A DNA stretch of 64,000 bases. Origin: an uncultured beta proteobacterium. GTDB taxonomy: Bacteria; Pseudomonadota; Gammaproteobacteria; Burkholderiales; Burkholderiaceae_E. Positions within the stretch are counted from its first letter, which is position 1. The number at the start of each line of letters is the position of its first letter. The notes beneath the pieces are model-generated. The model was given only the letters and a program-made list of their open reading frames with translations. It did not search any database and was not told the DNA's origin. The stretch is taken from assembly GCA_963849015.1 (NCBI GenBank), contig CAWKFK010000018.1, positions 161,232-225,231 of the forward strand. The letters run 5' to 3'. Below are positions 12,197 to 23,462 of the stretch, in pieces. The translations under genes and the position numbers were made by a program.

Positions 12197-12228
12197 TCGC
12201 CTGCGGCGCGTGAAAAAGTTCCTTCGAC

Positions 12229-12258
12229 TTGCAGGCCGTCAAAATTTCTGTGTATACT
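12229..12258 (+). promoter_or_regulatory. Putative sigma70 promoter of the tRNA-Val/tRNA-Asp pair
   Basis: TTGCAG-N18-TATACT with TG upstream of the -10. Confidence 0.6.
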
Positions 12259-12296
12259 TTCGGTCTCGCAAGTGACGCAACTTGTTGGCTGGCGAA

Positions 12297-12372
12297 GGGT
12301 GCTTAGCTCAGCTGGTAGAGCGGCGCCCTTACAAGGCGTAGGTCGGGAGTTCGAGCCTCTCAGCACCCACCA
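12297..12372 (+). tRNA. tRNA-Val(TAC)
   Basis: 76 nt; GGGTGCT/AGCACCC-ACCA acceptor, anticodon loop CTTACAA. Confidence 0.96.
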
Positions 12373-12408
12373 GAAGCACACGCCAGTCGATCAGTTGAAT
12401 GCGAATCA

Positions 12409-12485
12409 GGAGTGGTAGTTCAGTCGGTTAGAATACCGGCCTGTCACGCCGGGGGTCGCGGGTTCGAGTCCCGTCCACTCCGCCA
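12409..12485 (+). tRNA. tRNA-Asp(GTC)
   Basis: 77 nt; GGAGTGG/CCACTCC-GCCA acceptor, CCGGC-CTGTCAC-GCCGG anticodon arm. Confidence 0.96.
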
Positions 12486-12493
12486 AAACCTCG

Positions 12494-12524
12494 AGGGGCG
12501 AACGAAAGTTCGCCCCTTTTTATT
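12494..12524 (+). terminator. Intrinsic terminator after tRNA-Asp
   Basis: AGGGGCGAAC-GAAA-GTTCGCCCCT followed by TTTTATT. Confidence 0.9.
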
Positions 12525-12571
12525 AGCGCGTTGCTGTTAGCGCGTTCCCGACGCAGCGGACTTTGCACAAC

Positions 12572-14489
12572 ATGTTCGATTCGATACGCAAACACCAGCG
12601 CGTTCTGCAGTTCCTGTTGCTGCTGCTGATCTTCCCGGCGTTCGTGTTCTTCGGCGTGTCGGGTTACCAGGGCATGCTCGACGACGATTCGGTTGCCACC
12701 GTCAACGGCATCAAGATCACGCGTCAGGAGTTCGACGAAGGGCTGCGCCGCCAGCTCGAGCAGCTGCGCCGCGTGCTCGGCGAGCAGGTCGATCCGAAGC
12801 TGCTCGACAGTCCGGCTGCTCGCGCCGAGGTGCTCGACGCGCTGATCGCGCAGCGCGCGCTCGCGCAGGAGGCCGTGGCACGCCACGTCGCCATCACCGA
12901 CGAGCAGCTGCGGCAGACGATCCTGCAGATTCCGGGCCTGCAGAAGCCCGACGGCAGCTTCGACGCCGAGCGCTACAAGGCGCTGCTGTCCGCGCAGGGG
13001 ATGACCGAACCCGTCTTCGAGTCGCAGCTGCGCCGCGATCTCGCCGTGCAGACGCTGCCGAGCGCCGCGTCGTCGTCCGCGATTCTTCCGAAGGTGCTGC
13101 TCGATCGCCTGATCGTCACACAGGAACAGGTGCGCGACGTGCGCGAGCTGCAGTTCAAGGCTGCCGACTACCGCTCGAAGGTTTCACCCTCGGACGCGGA
13201 GCTGAAGAAGTACTACGAGGACAACGGCGCCGCCTTCGAGACGCCCGAGTCGGCGAGGATCGAGTACGTGGTGCTGAGCGCCGAGGCGATCGCCGCGCAG
13301 GTGGTTCTCGGCGCCGACGACGTGCGCAGCTATTACGAGCAGAACAAGTCGCGTTACGCGTCCCCGGAGCAGCGCAAGGCGAGCCACATCCTGATCGCTC
13401 TGGACGCCGGCGCCGGCGACGAGCAGCGCAAGGCGGCGCGCGCGAAGGCCGAGGACCTGCTGAAGCAGCTGCGGGGCGGCGCCGACTTCGCCGCACTGGC
13501 CAAAGCCAATTCAGCCGGACACCGGATCGGCAGCGACAGGCGGCGATCTCGGCGCGTTCACGCGCGACACGATGGTGAAGCCGTTCGCCGACGCCGCGTT
13601 CGCGCTGAAGGAGGGCGAGCTGAGCGACATCGTCGAGACCGAGTTCGGGCTGCACATCATCAAACTCACCGGCATCACGCCGTCTGCCGGCCGTGCGTTC
13701 GAGCAGGTGCGCGCCGAGATCGAGGCGGAACTGCGCAGCCAGCAGTCGGCGAAGAAATACGCCGAAGCCGCGGACACGTTCTCGAACATGGTCTACGAAC
13801 AGGCCGATTCGCTCAAGCCGGCGGCCGAGCGCTTCGGTCTCACGATCCAGACTTTCGACGGGCTGACGCGGACGGGCAGCGACAAGCTGCCGCCGAAGTC
13901 GCCCCTGCTGTCGCGCAAGCTGCTCGACGCAGTGTTCTCCGCGGATTCGGTGAAGACCAAACGAAACACCGAGGCGGTCGAGGCGGGTGGCAACACGCTG
14001 GTGTCGGCGCGCATCGTCGAGCACCGGCCCGCGCAGCGCAAGCCCTTCGACGCAGTGGCGGCCGAGGTGCGCGGGCGCGTGATCGACGCCGGTGCGCGCA
14101 GGCTTGCCGGCGAGGCCGGCCAGGCGCGCCTGAAGGAGCTGCTTGCCGCACCTTCGTCGCAGGGCTTCGGTTCGGTCCGCAAGATCGCCCGAAACGGTCC
14201 TCCGCAGATTCCGCCGTCGGCCGTCGATGCGGTGTTCCGAAAGGTCGCCGACAAGCTGCCGGCGTATGTCGGCGTGGATCTCGGCGGCGAAGGCTATGCG
14301 ATCTATCAGATCGAGCGGATCACCGATCCGGGTCCCGAGCAGATCGCAGCCCGTCGCGGGCAGTACCAGCAGCAGGTGCTGCAGCTGTATGCGCAGCAGG
14401 ATGCCGCCGACCTCGTCGCATCGCTGACGACGCGCTCGAAAGTCGTGCGTCATCCCGAGCGCATCGCGGCGCGGACCGAAACGCGCTGA
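12572..14489 (+). CDS. ppiD: Periplasmic chaperone PpiD (SurA N-domain plus parvulin; frameshift near 13520)
   Basis: MFDSIRKH plus one TM helix, [36 protein letters not shown]; usual position after hupB and the tRNAs. Confidence 0.9.
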
Positions 14490-15618
14490 TACCAATTCGC
14501 AATCAATAGATAAGATGTAATCTTCGTCCACGGACTTCGAGGAGTCGTGGATGAAGAACCTGATCGAATGCGACAAACCGACGATTTCGCGGCTTGCCGA
14601 GCGGCTCAAGCGTGCGCGAAGTCATTCGGAGTACCAGCGCATCCAGTGCGTGTTGATCCGCGCAACGCTTGGGAGTTCGGCGGCGGAGATCGCGCAGTTG
14701 CTGGGGTGGTCGACGGCGACGGTGCACGTGATCCACTCGCGCTGGGCCAAGGAGGGCGAGGCGATCTTCGAGCTGCGCGGCCGAGGCGGACGACACCACC
14801 AGCACCTCGACGTCGAGCAGGAAGCGCAGGTGCTGTCGCCCTTCTTGGCGCAGGCTACGGCGGGCGGGATGCTCAAGGTGACCGAGATCCAGCGGGCCTA
14901 CGAAGAGCGCGTGGGCAAGTCAGTGGCGCCCTCGACCATCTACCGAATGCTCGAGCGGCACGGCTGGCGCAAGGTCGTGCCGCGACCCCGGCATCCCAAG
15001 GCGAACCGCGCGGGGCAGGCCGCGTTTAAAAAAACTTCGCCGAATTCTTAAGGACGAGCGCGCGCGCCAAGCGCTGCGCCGGCGCCGTGTGCGTCTGATG
15101 TTCCAGGACGAGGGCCGCTTTGGCCTGCTGGGGACCCCTCGCCGGTGCTGGGCGCCGCGCAGCATCCGTCCGGTGGTGGGCGCGCGACTGCAACGCAAAT
15201 ATCTCTACGCGTTTGCTGCCGTCAGCCCGCACGACGGCGTGCTCGACAGTCTGATTCTGCCGTGGGTCAACGCCGAGACGATGTCGCTGTTCCTCGCCAC
15301 CGTCGCTGAGCGGCATAGCGACGAGTTCATCGTCATGGTCATGGACCAGGCCGGATGGCACATCGCCGGCAACCTGCAGGTCCCGCGCAACATGCGCATC
15401 ATTCTGTTGCCGCCCTACAGCCCCGAGTTGAACCCCGCCGAGCACCTCTGGGAGGCGCTGCGCGAAGACTGGTTCGCCAACACCGTCTTTCATGACCTCG
15501 ACGCTGTCGAGGATGCCCTCGACAACGGCTTGATCGCGCTCGAATCAGACCCTCAACGGACTCAGACCATGACCGGGTTCAAATGGATTACTTCTATCTG
15601 ATTGAACGCGAACTGGTA
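14490..15618 (+). mobile_element. IS630-family insertion sequence, about 1.13 kb, flanked by TA at both ends
   Basis: Left end TACCAATTCGCAATCAAT; reverse complement of the right end TACCAGTTCGCGTTCAAT (15 of 18 match); encloses a two-ORF transposase; lower GC than the flanks. Confidence 0.92.
14551..15601 (+). CDS. IS630 transposase, split into an HTH ORF (14551-15051) and a DDE ORF joined at a TTTAAAAAAAC run
   Basis: HTH AEIAQLLGWS; STIYRMLERHGWRKVVPRPRHPK; DDE triad FQDEGRFG / MDQAGWH / LPPYSPELNPAEHLW. Confidence 0.92.
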
Positions 15619-15630
15619 TGAGTCGCCGCG

Positions 15631-15687
15631 GCGCGGCGCCGGCCGACGTGCGCTGAGCCGGCGCAGCGCGGCGCTGGCCGACGCGCG
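15631..15687. repeat. Two 22-bp direct repeats, 35-bp period, between the IS630 right end and the mnmH stop
   Basis: GCGCGGCGCCGGCCGACGTGCG (15631-15652) versus GCGCGGCGCTGGCCGACGCGCG (15666-15687), 20 of 22 identical. Confidence 0.55.
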
Positions 15688-15692
15688 ACGGG

Positions 15693-16760
15693 TCAGCGCA
15701 GCGCGTCGAGCACGCGACGGGCCGCTTCCGAGGTCTGCGCCGGCGAGATGCCCGGCAGGGCGACGCGAGCCGCTTCGTCCAGCAGCGCGAAGTTGCGCTT
15801 CATCGATCGGTCGTAGGCCGGGTCGTAGTGCTCGTGCAGCAGGGCGAGCACGAACTCCTGCCAGTTCCCCGCCCGTGCAAGCGCCATCCAGCCGTCGATG
15901 CGTTCGCGCCCGTGCAGGGCAACCAGGGCGTCCAGTCGTTCGCGCAGTCGATCGGGATCGTCGATGAAGTGACGGTACTCGCGCGTCAGCAGATCGCCAC
16001 GCACCGCATCGGGGGCGTCGACGACGATGCACCGGGACGCGCGCATCGCGAGGATCAACGCCTCGGGAACCTGGCACTGCCCGATCTTTCGGCTCTCGGA
16101 CTCGACGAGGACGGGGCGCGACGGGTCGAAGCCGCGCAACGCGTTCCACACCAGCGTCTCGAAGCCCTTCTGTGACGGCTGCGCTGCGGCATCGGGCAGG
16201 CGGCCCAGCACGGAGCCGCGATGCCGGGCCAGCTGCTCGAGGTCGAGGACTTGCGCGCCCTGGCGCGCGAGCTCCTCGAGGAGCAGGCTCTTGCCGCTGC
16301 CGGTGCGTCCGGCGAGCACCGCGAAGCGGAAGCGGGCGGGCCATGCGGACAGGTCGCTGACGACGCGGCGCCTGAATTCGCGATAGCCGCCCTCGAGAAC
16401 GCTGGTCCGCCAGCCGACACGCGCCAGAACGGTGGCGAGCGATCCCGAGCGATTGCCGCCGCGCCAGCAGTAGATCAGCGGCTTCCAGTTCCGGTCACGG
16501 TCCGACAGCGGGCCGTCGAGCAGTCCCGCGATGTTGCGCGACACCAGCGCCGCGCCGATGCGCTTGGCTTCGAACGATCCTTTCTGCTTGTAGAGGGTGC
16601 CGACGCGAGCGCGCTGTTCGTCGTCGAGGACCGGCGTGTTGTCGGCGCGCGGAAGATGGTCCTCGGCGTACTCGGACGGGCTGCGGGCGTCGAGGATCGC
16701 ATCGAACCGGTCGATGCGCTCGATCGCCTCGTCGATCTTGATGACCTCGGGATCTTTCAT
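15693..16760 (-). CDS. mnmH: tRNA 2-selenouridine(34) synthase
   Basis: Rhodanese DARSPSEYAEDHLP, YCWRGGNRS active Cys, P-loop GRTGSGKS, DLEQLARHRGS, ESESRKIG, HYDPAY. Confidence 0.93.
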   Translation of the reverse strand: MKDPEVIKIDEAIERIDRFDAILDARSPSEYAEDHLPRADNTPVLDDEQRARVGTLYKQKGSFEAKRIGAALVSRNIAGLLDGPLSDRDRNWKPLIYCWRGGNRSGSLATVLARVGWRTSVLEGGYREFRRRVVSDLSAWPARFRFAVLAGRTGSGKSLLLEELARQGAQVLDLEQLARHRGSVLGRLPDAAAQPSQKGFETLVWNALRGFDPSRPVLVESESRKIGQCQVPEALILAMRASRCIVVDAPDAVRGDLLTREYRHFIDDPDRLRERLDALVALHGRERIDGWMALARAGNWQEFVLALLHEHYDPAYDRSMKRNFALLDEAARVALPGISPAQTSEAARRVLDALR

Positions 16761-16942
16761 CTTCTCGCTGTGGAGTTTCGGCCGGACGGGGGCGGCGCGC
16801 GTCCTCGATGGCCGCGGCGGGCGGGCGCAGTGTAGCAGCCGGCGCCTCTCGAAAGCCGATACAATCGGCCACAGCTTCCGAGTGCATACCTGCTGTCGCA
16901 CGCAGCTCTGCGCAATGCCTGCGCCTTCCTGGCACGCCGTCG

Positions 16943-17377
16943 ATGAAAGTGTTCAACCTGTCCTGTTCGAACGAGCACACCTTCGAGGGGTGGTTCGGCT
17001 CGGCGGACGACTACGACTCGCAGCTCGCGCGCGGACTGCTCGAATGCCCGGTCTGCGGCGATCGCGCCGTGCGCAAGATGCCCGCGGCTCCGCGCCTGAA
17101 CCTGTCGTCGGGCGAGCCCGCGCGTGCGCCGGATCAGGCGGTCGCCAATGCGCAGCTGCAGGGCCTGTGGCTGAAGATGGCCGCCTTCATCCGCGACAAC
17201 ACCGAGGACGTCGGCGAGCGTTTCGCCGCGGAGGCTCGCCGGATTCATCACCAGGAGGCGCCGGAGCGCGGCATCCGCGGTGTGGCATCGCCCGAAGAGG
17301 CGGCGTCGCTCGCCGACGAGGGCATCGAGGTGATGTCCTTCCCGATGCCCAAACTGCCTTCCGGGCCGGTGCAGTAG
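16943..17377 (+). CDS. DUF1178 family protein
   Basis: MKVFNLSCSNEHTFEGWFGS, CPVCG, TEDVGERFAAEARRIH, RGIRG motifs. Confidence 0.88.
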   Translation: MKVFNLSCSNEHTFEGWFGSADDYDSQLARGLLECPVCGDRAVRKMPAAPRLNLSSGEPARAPDQAVANAQLQGLWLKMAAFIRDNTEDVGERFAAEARRIHHQEAPERGIRGVASPEEAASLADEGIEVMSFPMPKLPSGPVQ

Positions 17378-17402
17378 CGATCCGGCCGGCCGGCAGGCGC
17401 GC

Positions 17403-18287
17403 TCAGCGCCGGTTCACCAGCCAGATGCCGACGGCCACGCCGCCGAGCGCCAGGATCAGCTGAGCGCTGATCTGCTCGCCCAGAAGCGCCGCGCCGAACG
17501 CCAGCCCGAAGACCGGCGTCAGGAACGTGAAGGCCGACACGCGCGTTGCCGGGTAGTTCCGGATCAGCCAGAACCAGACCAGGAAGCTGGCGAACGCGAC
17601 GATCACCGACTGGAACAGCATCGACGCGATGGCGAGCGCGTCGAAGGCCGGCATCGCCTCGCCGGAGATCCACGAGCCGGCCAGCAGGATCGGCGCCGAC
17701 ACCGCCACCTGGTAGAAGAGGGTGCGTTCGGCAGTCGCGCTGCTCAGTGTCGTGGCGCGCACCAGCAGTGTCGTCAGCCCCCACAGCAGGCCGGCGGCAA
17801 TCGACAACAGGTCGCCGAGCCACTGGTCGGGTGCGCTGGCGCTCAAGCCCTCCTGGAAGGCCGAAGCCAGCGCCAGGAAGGCGCCGACGAGGCCCACCGT
17901 CTGCAGCCTCGACAACTTCTCGGTCGGGCTGATGAAGGGCATGCCGATCGCAACGACGAACGGCGCGAGGTACAGGAACACGATCAGGCGCGAGGCGTTC
18001 GTGTACTGCAGCCCGATGTACAGCACGATGAATTCGCCCGCGAACAGCGTGCCGGCCCAGAATCCCGGCCAGCGCGTGTCGTCGCGGCCGAAGAGCGGGA
18101 TGCCGCGCCAGGCCGCGAAGGCCCAGACCAGCAGCGCCGCGATCAGCGACCGCAGGCCGGCCTGCAGCAGCGGCGGCACCTGCGGCAGCGTGACCTTGAC
18201 GACGACCTGGTTCAGTCCCCAGACCGCGCAGCAGCCCACGATCAACAGGATTGCGGTCAGGTCGAGGCGGGCGCGGCGGGTGTCCAT
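17403..18287 (-). CDS. DMT/EamA family transporter
   Basis: 294 aa, about 10 hydrophobic segments, WGLNQVVVK and FTFLTPVFG. Confidence 0.88.
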   Translation of the reverse strand: MDTRRARLDLTAILLIVGCCAVWGLNQVVVKVTLPQVPPLLQAGLRSLIAALLVWAFAAWRGIPLFGRDDTRWPGFWAGTLFAGEFIVLYIGLQYTNASRLIVFLYLAPFVVAIGMPFISPTEKLSRLQTVGLVGAFLALASAFQEGLSASAPDQWLGDLLSIAAGLLWGLTTLLVRATTLSSATAERTLFYQVAVSAPILLAGSWISGEAMPAFDALAIASMLFQSVIVAFASFLVWFWLIRNYPATRVSAFTFLTPVFGLAFGAALLGEQISAQLILALGGVAVGIWLVNRR

Positions 18288-18318
18288 CTTGTGCTCGGTG
18301 CGATGCGGTCCGTCGGCG

Positions 18319-19011
18319 TCAGCGCGTCGCGTGCTGACCGGCGCCGAACAGGTGGTGCCGCGCCTTGTCGTCGAGCAGCGGCTTGCGCCGGTCGGCGAGC
18401 ACCTGCAGGCCGCGCTGCACGGCTTTGCGCTCGGCGATCTCGAGATGCCAGCGCTTCACGTTGGGGAATTCGTCCAGGTCGACGCCCTGATCGGCATGCG
18501 ACCGCGTCCACGGGAACAGCGCGATGTCCGCGATCGAATACTGGCTGCCGACGACCCAGCGCGACTGCGCCAGGCGCCGATCCATCACGCCGTAGATCCG
18601 CTTCGCCTCGCTGGTGTAGCGGTCGATCGCGTAGTCGATCTTCTGGGGTGCGTAGATCCGGAAGTGATGGGCCTGGCCCAGCATCGGTCCCTGGCTGGCC
18701 ATCTGGAACATCACCCACTGCAGAACCTCGAAGCGGCCGCGAGCCGAACGCGGCATGAACCTGCCGGTCTTCGAGGCGAGGTAGATCAGGATCGCTCCCG
18801 ACTCGAACAGCGAGATCGGCTTGCCGTCGGGTCCGTCGGCATCGACGATCGCCGGCATCTTGTTGTTGGGGCTGATCTTCAGGAATTCGGGCGCGAACTG
18901 GTCGCCCGCGGAAATGTCGACCGGGTGCACGGCGTAGGGCAGCCGGCACTCCTCCAGCATGATGTGGACCTTGTGGCCGTTGGGCGTGGGCCAGGTGTAG
19001 AGATCGATCAC
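18319..19011 (-). CDS. Glutathione S-transferase, YfcG-like (Nu class)
   Basis: GTG start at 19011: [52 protein letters not shown]. Confidence 0.88.
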   Translation of the reverse strand: MIDLYTWPTPNGHKVHIMLEECRLPYAVHPVDISAGDQFAPEFLKISPNNKMPAIVDADGPDGKPISLFESGAILIYLASKTGRFMPRSARGRFEVLQWVMFQMASQGPMLGQAHHFRIYAPQKIDYAIDRYTSEAKRIYGVMDRRLAQSRWVVGSQYSIADIALFPWTRSHADQGVDLDEFPNVKRWHLEIAERKAVQRGLQVLADRRKPLLDDKARHHLFGAGQHATR

Positions 19012-19086
19012 TGTCGGCTCCGGGGAAGATCGACCGTTCGCCGATGCCGCCCGTGCCCTGTGCGCGGAAACGGCCGACGAAACGGA

Positions 19087-19118
19087 CCGGGGGCAGGTGA
19101 ACGGAACCCTGCCCCCGG
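19087..19118. terminator. 11-bp GC hairpin between the acyl-CoA dehydrogenase and GST genes
   Basis: CCGGGGGCAGG-N10-CCTGCCCCCGG; no clear U-tract. Confidence 0.4.
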
Positions 19119-19188
19119 GGTACTGCACTCGCGTTCACTCGCTGCGACGCCCCGGCTGCGCGTGTGTCGCCGCGGCCGGGGTCCGGCA

Positions 19189-20455
<1,267 letters not shown>

Positions 20456-20566
20456 GAGCCTCTCCTTGAGGTTGTGTCGTCGTCGTGGGTAAACGGATCT
20501 GCTCGAATGCTCCCGTGGGCCGATACGGAACGGTCGCTCGCGCCGGCGCGGCCCGCGCCGTGCGGG

Positions 20567-21642
20567 TCAGCGCAGTTTCTCGGCGAACGACCAGCCGCGC
20601 ATCGCCAGCGGTCGCACGCGGTCGGCACGTTCGGCGGCCTGCGCGTTGGCGGCGGTGCCGTCGACCACGCGCTTGACGATGCCCTGCAGGATCGCGGCCA
20701 GCCGGAACATGTTGTAGGCGAGGTAGAAGTCCCAGTGCTCGAGCACCTGCGCGGGATTGCGGCCGGTGCGCTCGCAGTACAGCTCGACGTACTGGCTGCT
20801 CGTCGGGATGCCCAGCGATGCGAGGTCGAGACCGCCGATGCCGCGGAACTGCTCCGGCGGGATGTGCCAGCTCATGCAGTGATACGAGAAGTCGGCGAGC
20901 GGGTGGCCCAGCGTCGACAGCTCCCAGTCGAGGATCGCGAGCACGCGCGGCCGCGTCGGTCGAAGATCATGTTGTCGAGCCGGTAGTCGCCGTGCACGAT
21001 CGAGGTCTCGTCGCCGGCCGGGATGTGCTTCGGCAGCCACTCGATCAGCTGGTCCATCTCCGGGATCTTTTCGGTCTCGGAGATCTGGTACTGCTTGGTC
21101 CAGCGGCCGATCTGGCGCGCGAAGTAGTTGCCGGGCTTGCCGAAGTCGGCCAGGCCGATCGCCGCGTGGTCGACCGAGTGCAGCGCCGCGATCACGCGGT
21201 TCATCTCGTCGTAGATCGCGCCGCGCTCTGCGTTGCTCATGCCGGGCAGGCTCTGGTCCCAGAGGACGCGGCCCTCGACGAACTCCATCACGTAGAACAT
21301 GCGGCCGATGATCGACTCGTCCTCGCACAGGCAGTAGACCGCGGGCACCGGCACGTCGGTCTTGCCGAGCGCGTGCAGCACGCGGTATTCGCGCTCGATC
21401 GCGTGCGCCGAAGGCAGCAGCTTCGCGACCGGGCCCGGCTTGGCGCGCATCGCCTAAGTGCGCTTGTCGGTGATCAGCTTGTAGGTCGGGTTCGACTGTC
21501 CGCCCTTGAACAGTTCGACGCGAAGCGGTCCTGCGAAGTCGGGCAGGCGGTCCTTCAGGTAGGCCTCGAGGGCTGCGACATCGAAGAGGTGTCGCTCCGG
21601 CACATCCATCGTGCCGGTGTACAGCTGGGTGGTGTCGGACAA
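20567..21642 (-). CDS. APH-family phosphotransferase, ACAD10/11 kinase-like (in-frame TAG at 21454-21456; frameshift near 20958)
   Basis: FKGGQSNPTY, SAHAIEREY, YVMEFVEGR, HGDYRLDN, LDWELSTLGHPLAD. Confidence 0.86.
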
Positions 21643-21734
21643 GATGCCTCCGGAAATTCAGATCTGGGTGAGGATGATCGGGATGTCGCGCACCCGGGCG
21701 GCTGCGAGTCCGGCGGCCCGGTGCGTGCCGGGTC

Positions 21735-23285
21735 TCACGCGGCGACGCCGTCGTCGCCGTGCAGCAGCGACAGTCCCAGCTGCGCGCGCCGGCTGCAGCC
21801 ACAGGCCCGGGCGATAGCGCGGGTCGCCGGTGACGGCCAGCATGCCTTCCAGCATCTCGACCACGCGGCGCGGGCCGAGGTGGTCGCCCATGGCCAGCGG
21901 GCCCATCGGGTAGCCCAGGCCGAGGCGTACCGCGGTGTCGATGTCGGCCGGCGATGCGACGCGCTGCTGAGCGATCTCGCTGCGATGCAGACGATCATCG
22001 CGACCACGCGCTGCGCGATGAAGCCCGCGCTGTCGTTGCAGCAGGCTGACGCGTGCGCCGTCGGCGGCGAACAGGCCGTGCGCCTTCCGGCGCACCTCCG
22101 GCAGGGTCGCCGGCGTGAACATCAACGTGCGGCGCTTGCAGGCCCGCGCCGCGTACGGGAACAACGTATCGATCGCAACGACGCGGCGGGCGTCGAGGCC
22201 GATCGAGGCGGTGGTGGCGTCCAGGCCGAGCGGCGCGATCAGGATCAGCGAGTCCGGGCCCGCGACGGCTGCGCTCGTCGACGCGCCCGCCGAGGGCTTC
22301 GACCAGGGCACACAGGTCGGCGCGCGCTTCGCCCGGCGCAACCCAGACCGCTGTCCCGGGCGTCGCGGCCGGAGCCGGCACCTCGGGCGCGCTCTGCTGA
22401 ACGCCTGCCTCGTAGCGGTAGAAGCCCTCGCGCGTCTTGCGGCCGAAGAGTCCGGCTGCGACGCGCTGCGCGCCGATCACCGAGGGGCGATAACGTGCCT
22501 CTTCGTAGTACTGGTGATAGATGGACTCCATCACCGGATGCGACACGTCGAGCCCGGTCAGGTCCATCAGTTCGAACGGCCCGAGTTTGAAGGCCTGGCC
22601 GCGGAAATCGACCTGCTCGCGCAGGATGCGGTCGATGGTCGCAACGTCGGCGACGCCTTCGCCGAGCGCCTTCAGCGATTCGGGGCCGTAGGCCCGGCCG
22701 GCGTGGTTCACGATGAATCCAGGCGTGTCCTGGCAGACCACCGGAGAATGGCCCCGCGAGCTTCGACAGCGCGACCAGCCGCTCGATCGCGTCCGGGGAA
22801 GTGCGCGCGCCGCGCACCACCTCGACCACCTTCATCAGCGGCACCGGGTTGAAGAAGTGGTATCCGGCGACGCGTTCCGGGCGGTTGCACGCGGCTGCGA
22901 TCGCTGTGATCGACAGCGAGGACGTGTTGCTGACCAGCACCGCGTCGGGCGCCACGATCGCCTCGAGCAGCATGAACAAGTCGCGCTTCACGTCCAGGCG
23001 CTCGACGATCGCCTCGATGACCAGGTCGCAGTCCGCGAAGCCCTGCAGAGCGTCGTTCGGAGTGATGCGGGCGAGGGTGGCGGCGGCGGCGTCCGCGGTC
23101 ATCCGGCCCTTTTCGACGAGCTTGCCGAAGGTCTCGCGCAGGCTGTCGATCGCGGCAGCGACGGCCGCCGGCTGGGTGTCGTACAGCACGATGTCGCAGC
23201 CCGCCTGAGCGTACAACTGCACGATGCCGCGACCCATTGCACCGGCGCCGACAACGCCGACGCGCTTGAAAGGTGACCCGCTCAA
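21735..23285 (-). CDS. 3-hydroxyacyl-CoA dehydrogenase, PaaH-like long form (several frameshifts)
   Basis: VVGAGAMGRGI, IEAIVERLDVK, SNTSSLSI, HFFNPVPLMKVVEV, DTPGFIVN, LGLGYPMGPL. Confidence 0.88.
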
Positions 23286-23462
23286 GACGTCTTCCTCCGT
23301 GACTTCGCGTTCTGTTTGACCCGTTCCGATTGTAATGGACGATACGGGTGCGAAGTTCGCGCCAGGCGTGACGAGCGTCAGCCGGATTGCACAGGCCGAA
23401 ATCGCCGGCGCGGCCGTTCGAGGCCCCTCGGCCGGATGCCTTCGGCGGTCAGTGCGCCGCGA

